NCBI GenBank assembly: GCA_052325545.1
Contig: JBKQUP010000009.1
Coordinates: forward strand, 13,486-77,485
From: Thermoplasmata archaeon
Lineage (GTDB): Archaea > Thermoplasmatota > Thermoplasmata > Lutacidiplasmatales > UBA184
Length of the DNA stretch: 64,000 bases
Reading direction: 5' to 3'
The notes beneath the pieces were generated by a model. That model did not search any database, was not told the DNA's origin, and saw nothing but the letters and a program-made list of their open reading frames with translations. Each line of letters starts with the position of its first letter. Positions within the stretch are counted from its first letter, which is position 1. The position numbers were made by a program, and so were the translations under genes. Of the stretch, positions 52,504 through 61,395 are shown piece by piece.

Positions 52504-55500
52504 GTGAAACACTTGGTTCGACAGCAGTACCGCGCCGCTCTGTGGGTCCTGGTACTGGTCGCGCTCGTGACGAGCTCACTGGCCGCGATCGCCGGGGCTC
52601 AGGCCGCGTCTTCAGCGAACTACACGCTGAGAGGCTATGTGGAGCAGGGACCGACCGTGGGCTACGCTCCGGTCGCGGCGGGTGTACAGGTCGACCTCGT
52701 ATCCCGGGCGACGGGCCAGGTCTTTACGACCACGGTCGCAACCGGCGGGAGCTACACGTTCACCACCACCAGCACGGGCGGGGCCTTAGTGCCCGGCTAC
52801 TGGGGGGTCTGGGTTCCGCCGCAGGGGAATGTCAGCCTTTCGGGCTGTGGCGGGGCGAAGCCCTTCTACCAGTGCGCCATCCTCCCCGCGGACCAGAACC
52901 CGACCTTCCAGTTCGAGAACGCGACGGCGCTCACGACCACCTACTACCCGGTCACCATCACGGGCGTCTCGCAGGTTCCCTACACTAGTTCGGTCTCGGG
53001 GACGGTCAGCACCAAGGTCCCCGGCGCTCAGGTCTCTCTCCTCGACCCGTACTACAACGGGCTCTCTCTCGTGAACAATACGACCGCCGCGAACGGGTAC
53101 TTCAACTTCAACGCCCCAATCTCCACCGGCTACGCGCCGGCGGGGGGTTGGGTCGTCAAGACGGTCGTACCTGGGTCGCCTCCGCAGTACAACTTCACTC
53201 AGGTCGCGATCCCGAGCACCGCCCAGGTCACGGTCAACCCGAGCATCCAATCATACATCGTCTCGGGCTACGTCAACCAGTCCGCACACCCATCGGCTCA
53301 CGTTCCCACCGCCGGTAATGTCACGCTGTTCGACCCGACGAGCGGCTACCTCTACTCGAGCGCCACTCCCCCCGGAGGGTACTATTCGGCCGGGACGTAC
53401 GGGACCAACTTCGGGAGCGGCTCACACACGTTCGACCTGGTCCTCTCGTCGATCGGCTACGGGACCGTTTGGTACCCCCTAACGGTGAGCACCCCGAGCC
53501 CCGTCCAGCACAACTTCCTGGCGTCCCCGCTAGCCCCGAGCCAGCTCGGGAGCTTCCAAACGACGCTCAACTTCTCCGGAATCAACGTCGCGAGCGGCTC
53601 CGGTAATCTCGCGGTCAAGACGGTGGCCACGCTCGGCAACGACACGGTCTTCCCGAACCTTCCGAACGCGACCGTCGGCCAGTTGTGGGCGCAGCTCGGT
53701 CTCGACTTCAATCACTCGATCATCTTCCCGAGCACGATGCTGCCCACGGTGACGAGCTGGGTGAACTCCACCGGGCCATTCTTCCCGGCGGTCCAAGCTC
53801 AGACCACGGTCAACGGCACCGGGTTCGTCGGACCCGCCGCGCCGGAGACGCTCGCCAGCTGGGCCTCCACCTGCTCGGGCGCGTGCGACCTCTCCACGAA
53901 CGCGAACCTGACCTACCAGTGGTCGGAGAGCTACGGTCTCAACGGGTCGGTCCCGATCAACGGGACCACGTACTCGATAGCGTTCGGCTTTGCCCACCCC
54001 GCGTCGAGCTCGGACGTCTACAACTACACGCTCGTGCTGCCCAGCGGCTACGTTCTCGCGGCCGACACCCAAGCCCCCACGGGCACGCGCCTCTCCGCAG
54101 CCGGAACGGGAGGGACATGGACGAGCTTCACCCTCCAATCGCTCCCCAGCACTTCCTCCGTCGGGACCGCCAAGTTCTCGATCGTGAAGTACTCCGCGCT
54201 GACCCCGATCGTCAACGCCACGGTGTCGAACTTCGCGTTCTCGAGCCACAACGTCCTCAACAGCACGCAGAAGAACTACACCGTTGAGGTCGGTGTGGGT
54301 CAGAACGTGACGTTCAGCGCCCTCAACTCCCTCTATCCGGCGGGGACGAACGGGACGAAGTTCTCGTGGGCGTTCGGCGACGGCGCGACGGCCAACTCGA
54401 CCACCGCGACCACGAACCACACCTACGCGGCGGCGAGCGGCTCGAGCCCCTACCCCGGGAAGCTTACGGTCACCAGCTCGGGAGGACTCACGAACTCGAC
54501 CCCGTTCTTCGTGTGGGTCGCGCAGGGGCCGGTGACCCCAAAGATCTCGGTGAACTCCACGGCGAGCCAGAACAAGACCGCGGGGTCGACCTCCTACGTG
54601 TTCGTCAACTGGGGGACCGTCCTCCACTTCAACGCGAGCCAAAGCTCGGCCACGGTCAGCTCCTCGACCGGAGTGGCGGGCGTCCTATCGGTCGCGTCGT
54701 TCGCGCTGGTCTCCTCGGGCGGATTCAAGCAGACCGCGAACTACTCGGTCGGGCAAGGGGCCAACTTCTGGTCGAACTTCACCGTCCAGTTCCTTGGGGC
54801 GGGCTACTACCTCTCCACGGGAACCGTGGGCGGCACGGCGGTCCCGATCAAGGGCTGGCAGTACAACCTCACCTTGACCGTCTGGTCCGGGACCGGCCAG
54901 ATGGCGAAGACCACGCTCGACATCCTCGTGAACGACACGCAGAAGCCCACGTCGGCGTTCCAGGTGCTCACCACGGGCGGCAAGGCCGTCACGGGTAGCG
55001 GAGTGGTCGCCGGAACGAACCTCTCCGCGAACGTCCTCCTGAGCGGGGCGAACGCGACCGACCCGCACAACGGGTCCATCGTGAAGTACTACTGGCTCGT
55101 CACGAACTCGCAGAACGCGTCGTTCCACCAGGGCGTGAACGTCACGTCGGTGAAGCCGTATCCCTCGTTCTGGATGCCCGCTTCGACCAACCCCTACACG
55201 GTCAACCTGACGGTGTGGGACCTGAACCAGAACTTCGGGTACACGACCCAATCGCTCACCGTCTCGCAGAACACGACCACGAGCCCCATCATGGCCGCGA
55301 AGAACCTCACGGGCCCGTCGAGCATCTCGGACGGGTCGTCCGTGACGTACTGGGTGAACATTACGGTCGGCGGTGGTTCAAAGGCGGTCGCGGACGACGT
55401 CTCGGTCGCGTTCTACCTGCTCTCCCCGAGCGGCGGAGGGAGCCCGAACTACATCGGCGGCTCTCCGGGCTCCGTGCAGTTCTTCAACTACACCTCGCCC

Positions 55501-55887
55501 GGGGTCGTCAACACGGTCTCGTTCGCCACGGGGAGCATCGCGAGCCTCGCGTACAACACGACCGTGCGCGCGGTGGTCACCTGGACGCCCGGGATCACGG
55601 GTAACTACGTCCTCTACGCGAACGTGACGGCGGCCAACGAGTTCTCGGGCGACTACACGAACGGGCCGAACGTTGCGACGATGTCCATCTCGATCGGACC
55701 GAACCCAACGACCCAACTGCTCGAGTACGTCGCGATCGGGGTCGCGGTCGTCGTGGTCATCCTGCTGCTCATCCTCTACTACCGCCGCCGCACCGGAAAG
55801 GGCGGCGCGAAGGGCGGGACCCCGAAGTCGGGGCTCGAGCGCTCCAAGCGCCCGGCGGACGAAGACGACGAGGACGACGACAAGTAG
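52504..55887 (+). CDS. large PKD-domain cell-surface glycoprotein (S-layer-like)
   Basis: Signal peptide, S/T/N/G-rich beta domains, WAFGDG PKD motif, C-terminal TM followed by RRR and an acidic tail. Confidence 0.85.
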   Translation: MKHLVRQQYRAALWVLVLVALVTSSLAAIAGAQAASSANYTLRGYVEQGPTVGYAPVAAGVQVDLVSRATGQVFTTTVATGGSYTFTTTSTGGALVPGYWGVWVPPQGNVSLSGCGGAKPFYQCAILPADQNPTFQFENATALTTTYYPVTITGVSQVPYTSSVSGTVSTKVPGAQVSLLDPYYNGLSLVNNTTAANGYFNFNAPISTGYAPAGGWVVKTVVPGSPPQYNFTQVAIPSTAQVTVNPSIQSYIVSGYVNQSAHPSAHVPTAGNVTLFDPTSGYLYSSATPPGGYYSAGTYGTNFGSGSHTFDLVLSSIGYGTVWYPLTVSTPSPVQHNFLASPLAPSQLGSFQTTLNFSGINVASGSGNLAVKTVATLGNDTVFPNLPNATVGQLWAQLGLDFNHSIIFPSTMLPTVTSWVNSTGPFFPAVQAQTTVNGTGFVGPAAPETLASWASTCSGACDLSTNANLTYQWSESYGLNGSVPINGTTYSIAFGFAHPASSSDVYNYTLVLPSGYVLAADTQAPTGTRLSAAGTGGTWTSFTLQSLPSTSSVGTAKFSIVKYSALTPIVNATVSNFAFSSHNVLNSTQKNYTVEVGVGQNVTFSALNSLYPAGTNGTKFSWAFGDGATANSTTATTNHTYAAASGSSPYPGKLTVTSSGGLTNSTPFFVWVAQGPVTPKISVNSTASQNKTAGSTSYVFVNWGTVLHFNASQSSATVSSSTGVAGVLSVASFALVSSGGFKQTANYSVGQGANFWSNFTVQFLGAGYYLSTGTVGGTAVPIKGWQYNLTLTVWSGTGQMAKTTLDILVNDTQKPTSAFQVLTTGGKAVTGSGVVAGTNLSANVLLSGANATDPHNGSIVKYYWLVTNSQNASFHQGVNVTSVKPYPSFWMPASTNPYTVNLTVWDLNQNFGYTTQSLTVSQNTTTSPIMAAKNLTGPSSISDGSSVTYWVNITVGGGSKAVADDVSVAFYLLSPSGGGSPNYIGGSPGSVQFFNYTSPGVVNTVSFATGSIASLAYNTTVRAVVTWTPGITGNYVLYANVTAANEFSGDYTNGPNVATMSISIGPNPTTQLLEYVAIGVAVVVVILLLILYYRRRTGKGGAKGGTPKSGLERSKRPADEDDEDDDK

Positions 55888-55888
55888 G

Positions 55889-55950
55889 GGTCCGCAAGGT
55901 GGACCGCTTTCCCCCGGCGACGGGGGAGACCAACCCCTTCCTTCTCTCTT
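55889..55950 (+). terminator. tandem hairpins plus pyrimidine tract
   Basis: GGTCC/GGACC and TCCCCCG-GCGA-CGGGGGA followed by CCCCTTCCTTCTCTCTT. Confidence 0.55.
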
Positions 55951-56077
55951 GAATGAATTCGTTCCCAGGGTCGGTACCGATAGCTCGGCCGCACCATACC
56001 CGAAGGGCGAATCGGGTCCGTATCGGCCCGCCCATCCCGGGAGGTGGGAAAGGACCTAACCGGGGGCTCGAGTCCGC

Positions 56078-56275
56078 TTAGCCGTACGGACCGACCTCGT
56101 CCAGGAGGTCGACGTGGGTCAGCAGCATCCGTCGGCAACAGTACCGGTGGAGCCCGAGCGCGTCCAACACGGCGCCGGCGGGCTCGCCGCGCGCGGTCCG
56201 CTCGCGGTACTCGTCCCAGTGTTGTCCGATCACCGCTCCGCAGGTAAAACAGCGGACCGGCACCATCATCGTCAT
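56078..56275 (-). CDS. rpoN: RNA polymerase subunit N
   Basis: PVRCFTCG, RYCCRRM. Confidence 0.97.
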   Translation of the reverse strand: MTMMVPVRCFTCGAVIGQHWDEYRERTARGEPAGAVLDALGLHRYCCRRMLLTHVDLLDEVGPYG

Positions 56276-56294
56276 CGATCGAAGACCTCCCAGC

Positions 56295-56702
56295 TCACCG
56301 GTACGACTTCTGCCGACGCTTGCGGGCCCCGCGGCCGCCGGGGCGCTTCGGCAGCTTGCGGCGCGGGTCGTTCACGAGGAGAGAACGGTCGTAGCGCTTG
56401 AACATCTCCTTGAGCTGGTCGTCCTTGAGCCAGAGGATGAGGCCGCGGGCCACGGCTGTCCGGGCCGCCGAGGCCTGGCCGACGTAGCCCCCGCCGGCCG
56501 TCTGGACCGAGATGTCGAGGTTCTTTGCACGGTCCCCGACCATGAGCAGCGGCTCCTGGACCTTCAAACGGATGATCTCGGGCTCGACGAGCTCGAGCGG
56601 ACGGTCGTTGAACCGGACGCGGCCCGCCCCCTTGCGCACGGTGGCCCGGGCGACCGCCGTCTTGCGCTTTCCCGTGGCGAGGACGATGACGGGTGCCTTC
56701 AT
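56295..56702 (-). CDS. rps9: 30S ribosomal protein S9
   Basis: GKRKTAVARA, GGG, RQKSYR. Confidence 0.97.
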   Translation of the reverse strand: MKAPVIVLATGKRKTAVARATVRKGAGRVRFNDRPLELVEPEIIRLKVQEPLLMVGDRAKNLDISVQTAGGGYVGQASAARTAVARGLILWLKDDQLKEMFKRYDRSLLVNDPRRKLPKRPGGRGARKRRQKSYR

Positions 56703-57139
56703 GAACGGGCCCCCAGGAGCTTCGTGATCTCAGCGAGCGTGACGGGCGGGCGGAGGGTCGGTCGGGCCTTGGCGCCCTCGATCGTCTCGGTCGGATGGCC
56801 GGCGAGCTCGGGCGGCACGCCGATGTGAACCTGGAGGCGACGGAACGCGACCTTGCCTCGGGTCTGGAGGTGCGGCAGCATGCCGCGGACAGTACGACGG
56901 AAGATGCGGTCGGCGTAGCGGGGGAAGTGCGGTCCGCTGCGGACCGAGCCGCGGGCGCGGGCCTCCGTGTAGTGGGCGACCACCTGGGACCGTCCGCCGG
57001 TCACGACGCTCTTCTCCGCGTTCACCACGACGATCGTCTCGCCGTTCAGCAAGCGCTTTGCGATGAGGCTCGCGGCACGTCCGAGGACGAGGCCGCTCGC
57101 GTCGACGACCGTGACGGACGGCTCGGGAGCGTTAGGCAA
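56699..57139 (-). CDS. rpl13: 50S ribosomal protein L13
   Basis: DASGLVLGRAAS, RRTVRGMLPH. Confidence 0.96.
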   Translation of the reverse strand: MPNAPEPSVTVVDASGLVLGRAASLIAKRLLNGETIVVVNAEKSVVTGGRSQVVAHYTEARARGSVRSGPHFPRYADRIFRRTVRGMLPHLQTRGKVAFRRLQVHIGVPPELAGHPTETIEGAKARPTLRPPVTLAEITKLLGARS

Positions 57140-57497
57140 AGAGCCGTACCCCCGCCCCGTCGGGCTTGGTCTTCAGAAGGTCGTTGACGGTGATCGCGAC
57201 CCCGCCGGCCGCGTGAATCTTCGTCCGGGCCTCCTTCGAGTAGGCAAACGCAGCAACGGTGAGCTTCTTCGACAACCGCCCTTCGGACAGCAACTTTCCG
57301 GGGACGATGACGGTCTCGCCGGCCTCGGTCAACCGGTCCAGGTGGCCCACGTTCACGGGGACCACGCGGTGGCGGGGGCGCTCGAGGCGGTCGGCGACCG
57401 AAGCCCAGATCGGGGCCTGGTTCGAACGGGCCGCCCGGCGCAGCTCGACGATGAGCCGTACGAGCTCGGAATTGTCCTTAGGAATGGGATGGGCCAT
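57132..57497 (-). CDS. rpl18e: 50S ribosomal protein L18e
   Basis: APIW, VNVG, VPGKLL, VAAFAYS; TTATAT ~30 nt upstream of ATG 57497. Confidence 0.95.
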   Translation of the reverse strand: MAHPIPKDNSELVRLIVELRRAARSNQAPIWASVADRLERPRHRVVPVNVGHLDRLTEAGETVIVPGKLLSEGRLSKKLTVAAFAYSKEARTKIHAAGGVAITVNDLLKTKPDGAGVRLFA

Positions 57498-57661
57498 GGC
57501 GGGAGGGCCTCGACCCGGGTGGCTCATATAAGCGTTGCCGCTCGCAGAGATGCCGGAACGGAGCACGCCGGTCGCCGGCGGTCCGGCACACTGCTTCCGC
57601 GCTTCCATTACCGGCCAACGGTTAAATACGCCCCCCCGCCATCGGCGGTCGGAGCCTCCCT

Positions 57662-57904
57662 ATGCGCAAGTTCCTCACCGAACTCCGAGGAAAGACCGTG
57701 ATGACGAACGACGGCCAGATCCTGGGCATGATCGACAATTTCGTCGTCGACACGTTGACGGGCGGCATCGCGCACGTCCTCGTGACCCCGAGCGAGGATG
57801 TCGAGCAGCGCCTCTTCCAGAGCGATGCCTCCGGCCGGCTCGTGCTCCCCTTCAAGAGCATGCGCGCGGTGAAGGACGTCGTCGTGATGGACATTGGGAA
57901 GTAA
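57662..57904 (+). CDS. PRC-barrel domain protein
   Basis: LRGKTVMTNDGQILG, AVKDVVV; TTAAATA upstream. Confidence 0.88.
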   Translation: MRKFLTELRGKTVMTNDGQILGMIDNFVVDTLTGGIAHVLVTPSEDVEQRLFQSDASGRLVLPFKSMRAVKDVVVMDIGK

Positions 57905-58745
57905 CCCCTCCGATTCCCCGCTCGTTTCGGTCGTCATCACCGTCCGCAACGAAGCGCAGCACATCGACCAGCTCCTCGAGAGCCTCCTCGTACAGGAGGC
58001 GCCGTTCGAGGTCGTCCTCGTTGACTCCGAGAGCCGGGACGGCACAGTGGAGGCCGCCCGGGCCTTCGCCGTGCATCATCCCGACCTCCTGCGGGTCTTC
58101 GAGCGGCCGGGCTCGCGGGGAGTGGGCCGGAACACGGGCGTCAAGGAGGCTCGGGGAGAGTTCGTGGCCTTCATCGACGGCGACTGCTTCGCGGACTCCC
58201 AGTGGCTGAAGCGCTTGCGGGAAGGCCTCACCGGGTCCGCCGTGGTGGCCGGCCGCACGGTCGTTGTGGGGAAGCATCGCTACGGCCAGCTCGAGCGGGT
58301 CGAGCTGCTGCAGAAGGGGTTCGACGTCACCTTCCCCTCGTGCAACCTCGCGTACCGGCGAGAGCTGTTCGTGCGCCTCGGAGGGTTCGATACGCGGTTC
58401 ATCACCGCGGAGGACATCGACCTCAACATGCGGGCCGTCCAGGCCGGGGCCTCGATCGTCTACCGGCCGGAGGCGATCGTGTACCACCACATGCGGACCA
58501 CGTTCCTTCGGTTCCTCATGCAGGCGTTCTGGAACGGCTACGGGCGAAAGCAGCTCACGGAGAAGCAAGGCAGCCTGTGGGGACGCTACCGGGTCCGCCG
58601 ACTGATCTCGGACCAGCGAGGGGTCATGGCCTGGGCCCGCCTCACGGCAGCGCTCGCGGGCTACACCACCCGCGTTGCCACCGGAAGAAAGCGACGGCTT
58701 GCCCCGGGGACAGCGATTCCCGAGCTCGGCGCGTACCCGGCGTAA
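57894..58745 (+). CDS. glycosyltransferase family 2
   Basis: VSVVITVRNE, DSESRDGT, FIDGD, AEDID. Confidence 0.9.
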   Translation: MGSNPSDSPLVSVVITVRNEAQHIDQLLESLLVQEAPFEVVLVDSESRDGTVEAARAFAVHHPDLLRVFERPGSRGVGRNTGVKEARGEFVAFIDGDCFADSQWLKRLREGLTGSAVVAGRTVVVGKHRYGQLERVELLQKGFDVTFPSCNLAYRRELFVRLGGFDTRFITAEDIDLNMRAVQAGASIVYRPEAIVYHHMRTTFLRFLMQAFWNGYGRKQLTEKQGSLWGRYRVRRLISDQRGVMAWARLTAALAGYTTRVATGRKRRLAPGTAIPELGAYPA

Positions 58746-58779
58746 GGACGGCCGCGGGCGGCGCCCGCAGGGAGCTTGG

Positions 58780-59139
58780 TCAGTTCGCCTTCAGGAGGTC
58801 GGCGACCTTCACGACCTCGGCCAGGACCTTCGTCAGGTCGGCGGTCTGGTCGACGACGGCGACGAGGAGCGCCTTCTTGCCGCTCCCGACGATGATCGTC
58901 TTGGAATCGTTCCCCTCGATCACGATCCGCTCGGGCGGGGCCCGGTTGAGTTCTGTGTTGGCGGTCGCGGCCGCGCCGAGGATGGTGGCGCACATGATGG
59001 CGAATGTCTCGGTGTAGACGCCCGTGGGCACGTCGGCGTAGAGGACGAGGCCGTCCCGCGAGACGAGGGCCGTCGCGATCCCGCCGATGCGGGTCTTCAG
59101 GTCCTTTACGACTGCGCCCACGTTTCCCGTCGCCATCAT
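58780..59139 (-). CDS. roadblock/LC7 domain protein
   Basis: ATALVSRDGLVL, FAIMCATILGAA. Confidence 0.9.
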   Translation of the reverse strand: MMATGNVGAVVKDLKTRIGGIATALVSRDGLVLYADVPTGVYTETFAIMCATILGAAATANTELNRAPPERIVIEGNDSKTIIVGSGKKALLVAVVDQTADLTKVLAEVVKVADLLKAN

Positions 59140-59152
59140 TTCATTTCCCCCC

Positions 59153-59554
59153 TTAGAGCTCCTCGATCCGGAAGCGGCACTCGGAGGGCCCGGTGCTCGA
59201 GCACATCTCCTCAGTGCATTTAACGCGCCCCCCTTTAAAACGTTCGTAGAACTCGCGCAGCATGCCCCGGAGACGGTGGCAGGTCGGGATGTCGCTCGGG
59301 GCGACCTCGATCGACCCTTTCACGACGACTTCCGGGTCGGAGAACGTGATCTCCTCGACCCATCCGCGCTCCTTGAGCAGGTGTGCGACGCGGTCGAAGT
59401 AATGCGCCCGGTCCTTGAGCGCCTCCTCGGCCATCGCCGATCCGATGACCGAACCCTCCTTGAAGAACAATCCGTGACAGGCATGCGACATCACGCTCTC
59501 GTAGAGCTCCATGATCTGCCGGAGCTCGGCCTGGTCGATCTTGACCGATCGCAT
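59153..59554 (-). CDS. V4R (TRAPP/Bet3-like fold) domain protein
   Basis: GSIE..TCHRLRG..VKCTEEMCSSTGPSECRF; TATATA ~30 nt upstream of ATG 59554. Confidence 0.8.
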   Translation of the reverse strand: MRSVKIDQAELRQIMELYESVMSHACHGLFFKEGSVIGSAMAEEALKDRAHYFDRVAHLLKERGWVEEITFSDPEVVVKGSIEVAPSDIPTCHRLRGMLREFYERFKGGRVKCTEEMCSSTGPSECRFRIEEL

Positions 59555-59592
59555 GGACAGGGGCCGCACCAGCGTGCTCTGTATATATGTTA

Positions 59593-60384
59593 TCAGTCGA
59601 GCGGCGGTGGGTCGTTCCTCGGCTCCCCTTCGGCCCCCTCGGTCCCTTCGGTCTCGGCCGGGGAGCCTCCGGCCGCGAGGGTCGCCTCGAGCACGTCCAG
59701 GGTCGTCAGCCGGCCGGTGAGGACCTTCGGCCACGCGTCGCGCCGGTCGAGCAGCACGGACGGGAGGCCCGCGCGCGCCGCGGCCCGGACGTCGCTCCAG
59801 AAGAGGTCGCCGACGTACGCGACCCGTTCGGGGGGCGCGCCGAGCGCCTCGGCCGCGGCCCGGAACACGGAGCGGTCCGGGACGCACGGTCCGGGGCCGT
59901 CGCCCGAGCCGAGCAGAAGGGTCTCGGGAAGGCCGCACCGGTGGAGGAGCCAGCGGGCGGATTCGGCGGGCAGGGGGGTCACGGTGCCGACCTTGACGCC
60001 GCGCGAGCGGAGACGGTCGAGGGCGCGCGGAACGTCCTCGTACCGTTCGACCTCGCCCGCGGGTCGCAGGAACCGACGCACGACCGCCTCCGTTTCCGCG
60101 GGGGGGAGAGGGTGGCCCGCGACGGTCGCGAGGGCGTCCGCGAGATGGGCCCGGAGGGCCTCCACGTTGGCCGGCGGGGCCTTCCCCGTGAGCCCCTGCC
60201 AACGACGACGGTCCCAGCCCTTGAGGGCCCGTCGCACCGCCGCCTTCACTCGGCGTTCGCCCAGGACCGGGCCTTGGGGCCGCCACGCCCACTGCCAGGC
60301 GGCCGGCGTCTGGAACGGGACGAGCACATCGTCTAGGTCGAGCAGGACGGCGTCGACCTCATGGGGTCCGTAGGAGAGCGTCAC
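59593..60384 (-). CDS. HAD-superfamily hydrolase
   Basis: LLDLDDVL, YVGDLFWSDV. Confidence 0.8.
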   Translation of the reverse strand: MTLSYGPHEVDAVLLDLDDVLVPFQTPAAWQWAWRPQGPVLGERRVKAAVRRALKGWDRRRWQGLTGKAPPANVEALRAHLADALATVAGHPLPPAETEAVVRRFLRPAGEVERYEDVPRALDRLRSRGVKVGTVTPLPAESARWLLHRCGLPETLLLGSGDGPGPCVPDRSVFRAAAEALGAPPERVAYVGDLFWSDVRAAARAGLPSVLLDRRDAWPKVLTGRLTTLDVLEATLAAGGSPAETEGTEGAEGEPRNDPPPLD

Positions 60385-60397
60385 GGTCGGTGCCGCG

Positions 60398-61270
60398 CTA
60401 CGCGCGCCCGCTCTTCTGGAGTTCGAGCAGGTCCTCGGTCGATACCTTCTCGCCCTTCTTCAGACGGGCGAGGAAATCCTCCTCCTTCGGCGGTTCGGCC
60501 TCGCCCCACGTCTGGGGGGCCCGGCCGCCGCGGGCGGCGTAGAGCATTTTCTCGAAGTCGCGGACCTCTTCGATCGCGGCGATATGAGCGCGGTGCGCCT
60601 CGTCGGCCTGGGCCTTCACCTCGAGGAGGTGGGCCTGGACCTCGTCCGCCTGGCGTCGGAGCGCGTCCACGGACTCGTAGAGCACGACCATCGCCTCGTG
60701 CTCGCGCTGAGCGTCTTCGGCGAGCTTCCCGACGGCCGCGTGGTGGGCCTCAGCCTCCGTGCGCGCCTCGGCGAACTCCTTCAGCGTCTGCTCGACCTCG
60801 GGGTCCTGCCGGAGCTGGTCGTCCTGCTCCCGGATCGAGGCCTCGAGGCGCTTCATCTCCTCGATCAGCCGCTTCTCCTGGTCGCCCGTGAGCGCCGTGG
60901 TCATGTGGCGGAACTCGAGCTCCTTGAGCTCCTTGCGGAGGCGCCAGACGGGCACCGCGCCCGGCCTCGGCTGGCGGGTGCGCTTGAGCTCCTGGACCTT
61001 GTCCCCGAGCTCCTGGAACTTGCGGTTCCACTCCTCGCGGAGACGCTTTTCCTCGCGGACCTGCGCGTTGAAGGTGTCGCGAAGGCGACGGTGTTCCTGG
61101 GCCTCGGCGCTCTTGTCGTGGAGCTCGTCGAGGATATTGGACCGGGACTCCGCCGTCGTCCGGGCGTCCGCGTTCAGCCGGTCGCGCTTGGCGCGCGACT
61201 CGTCGGCCTTCGCGTTGGACTCTGCCCGCTTCCGTTCAAGTTCTTCGATTGCGTCGTCGGTCAAGGCCAC
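60398..61270 (-). CDS. archaeal coiled-coil protein (COG1340-like)
   Basis: E/K/R/A heptads, LEFRHMT..L..DQE, KKGEKVSTEDLL. Confidence 0.8.
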   Translation of the reverse strand: MALTDDAIEELERKRAESNAKADESRAKRDRLNADARTTAESRSNILDELHDKSAEAQEHRRLRDTFNAQVREEKRLREEWNRKFQELGDKVQELKRTRQPRPGAVPVWRLRKELKELEFRHMTTALTGDQEKRLIEEMKRLEASIREQDDQLRQDPEVEQTLKEFAEARTEAEAHHAAVGKLAEDAQREHEAMVVLYESVDALRRQADEVQAHLLEVKAQADEAHRAHIAAIEEVRDFEKMLYAARGGRAPQTWGEAEPPKEEDFLARLKKGEKVSTEDLLELQKSGRA

Positions 61271-61395
61271 CGTTCCGCCGTAGGAGCACGTCCCGGATGG
61301 GGAAGAGTTTCGACATAAGTGCGCGATATAAAGGCTTCCGAGGAGCGGCGACCGTGGTTTCTCCTGCCGCGTCAGTCTAATAACCGCGACCCTCG

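Noticed and set aside
55962..56066. 5S rRNA, tRNA-Pro or HDV-like ribozyme identity for the structured element
   Set aside because: No CCGAAC loop or full 5S domain, no GTTCRA T-arm, and no P1 partner or catalytic J4/2 in HDV topology.
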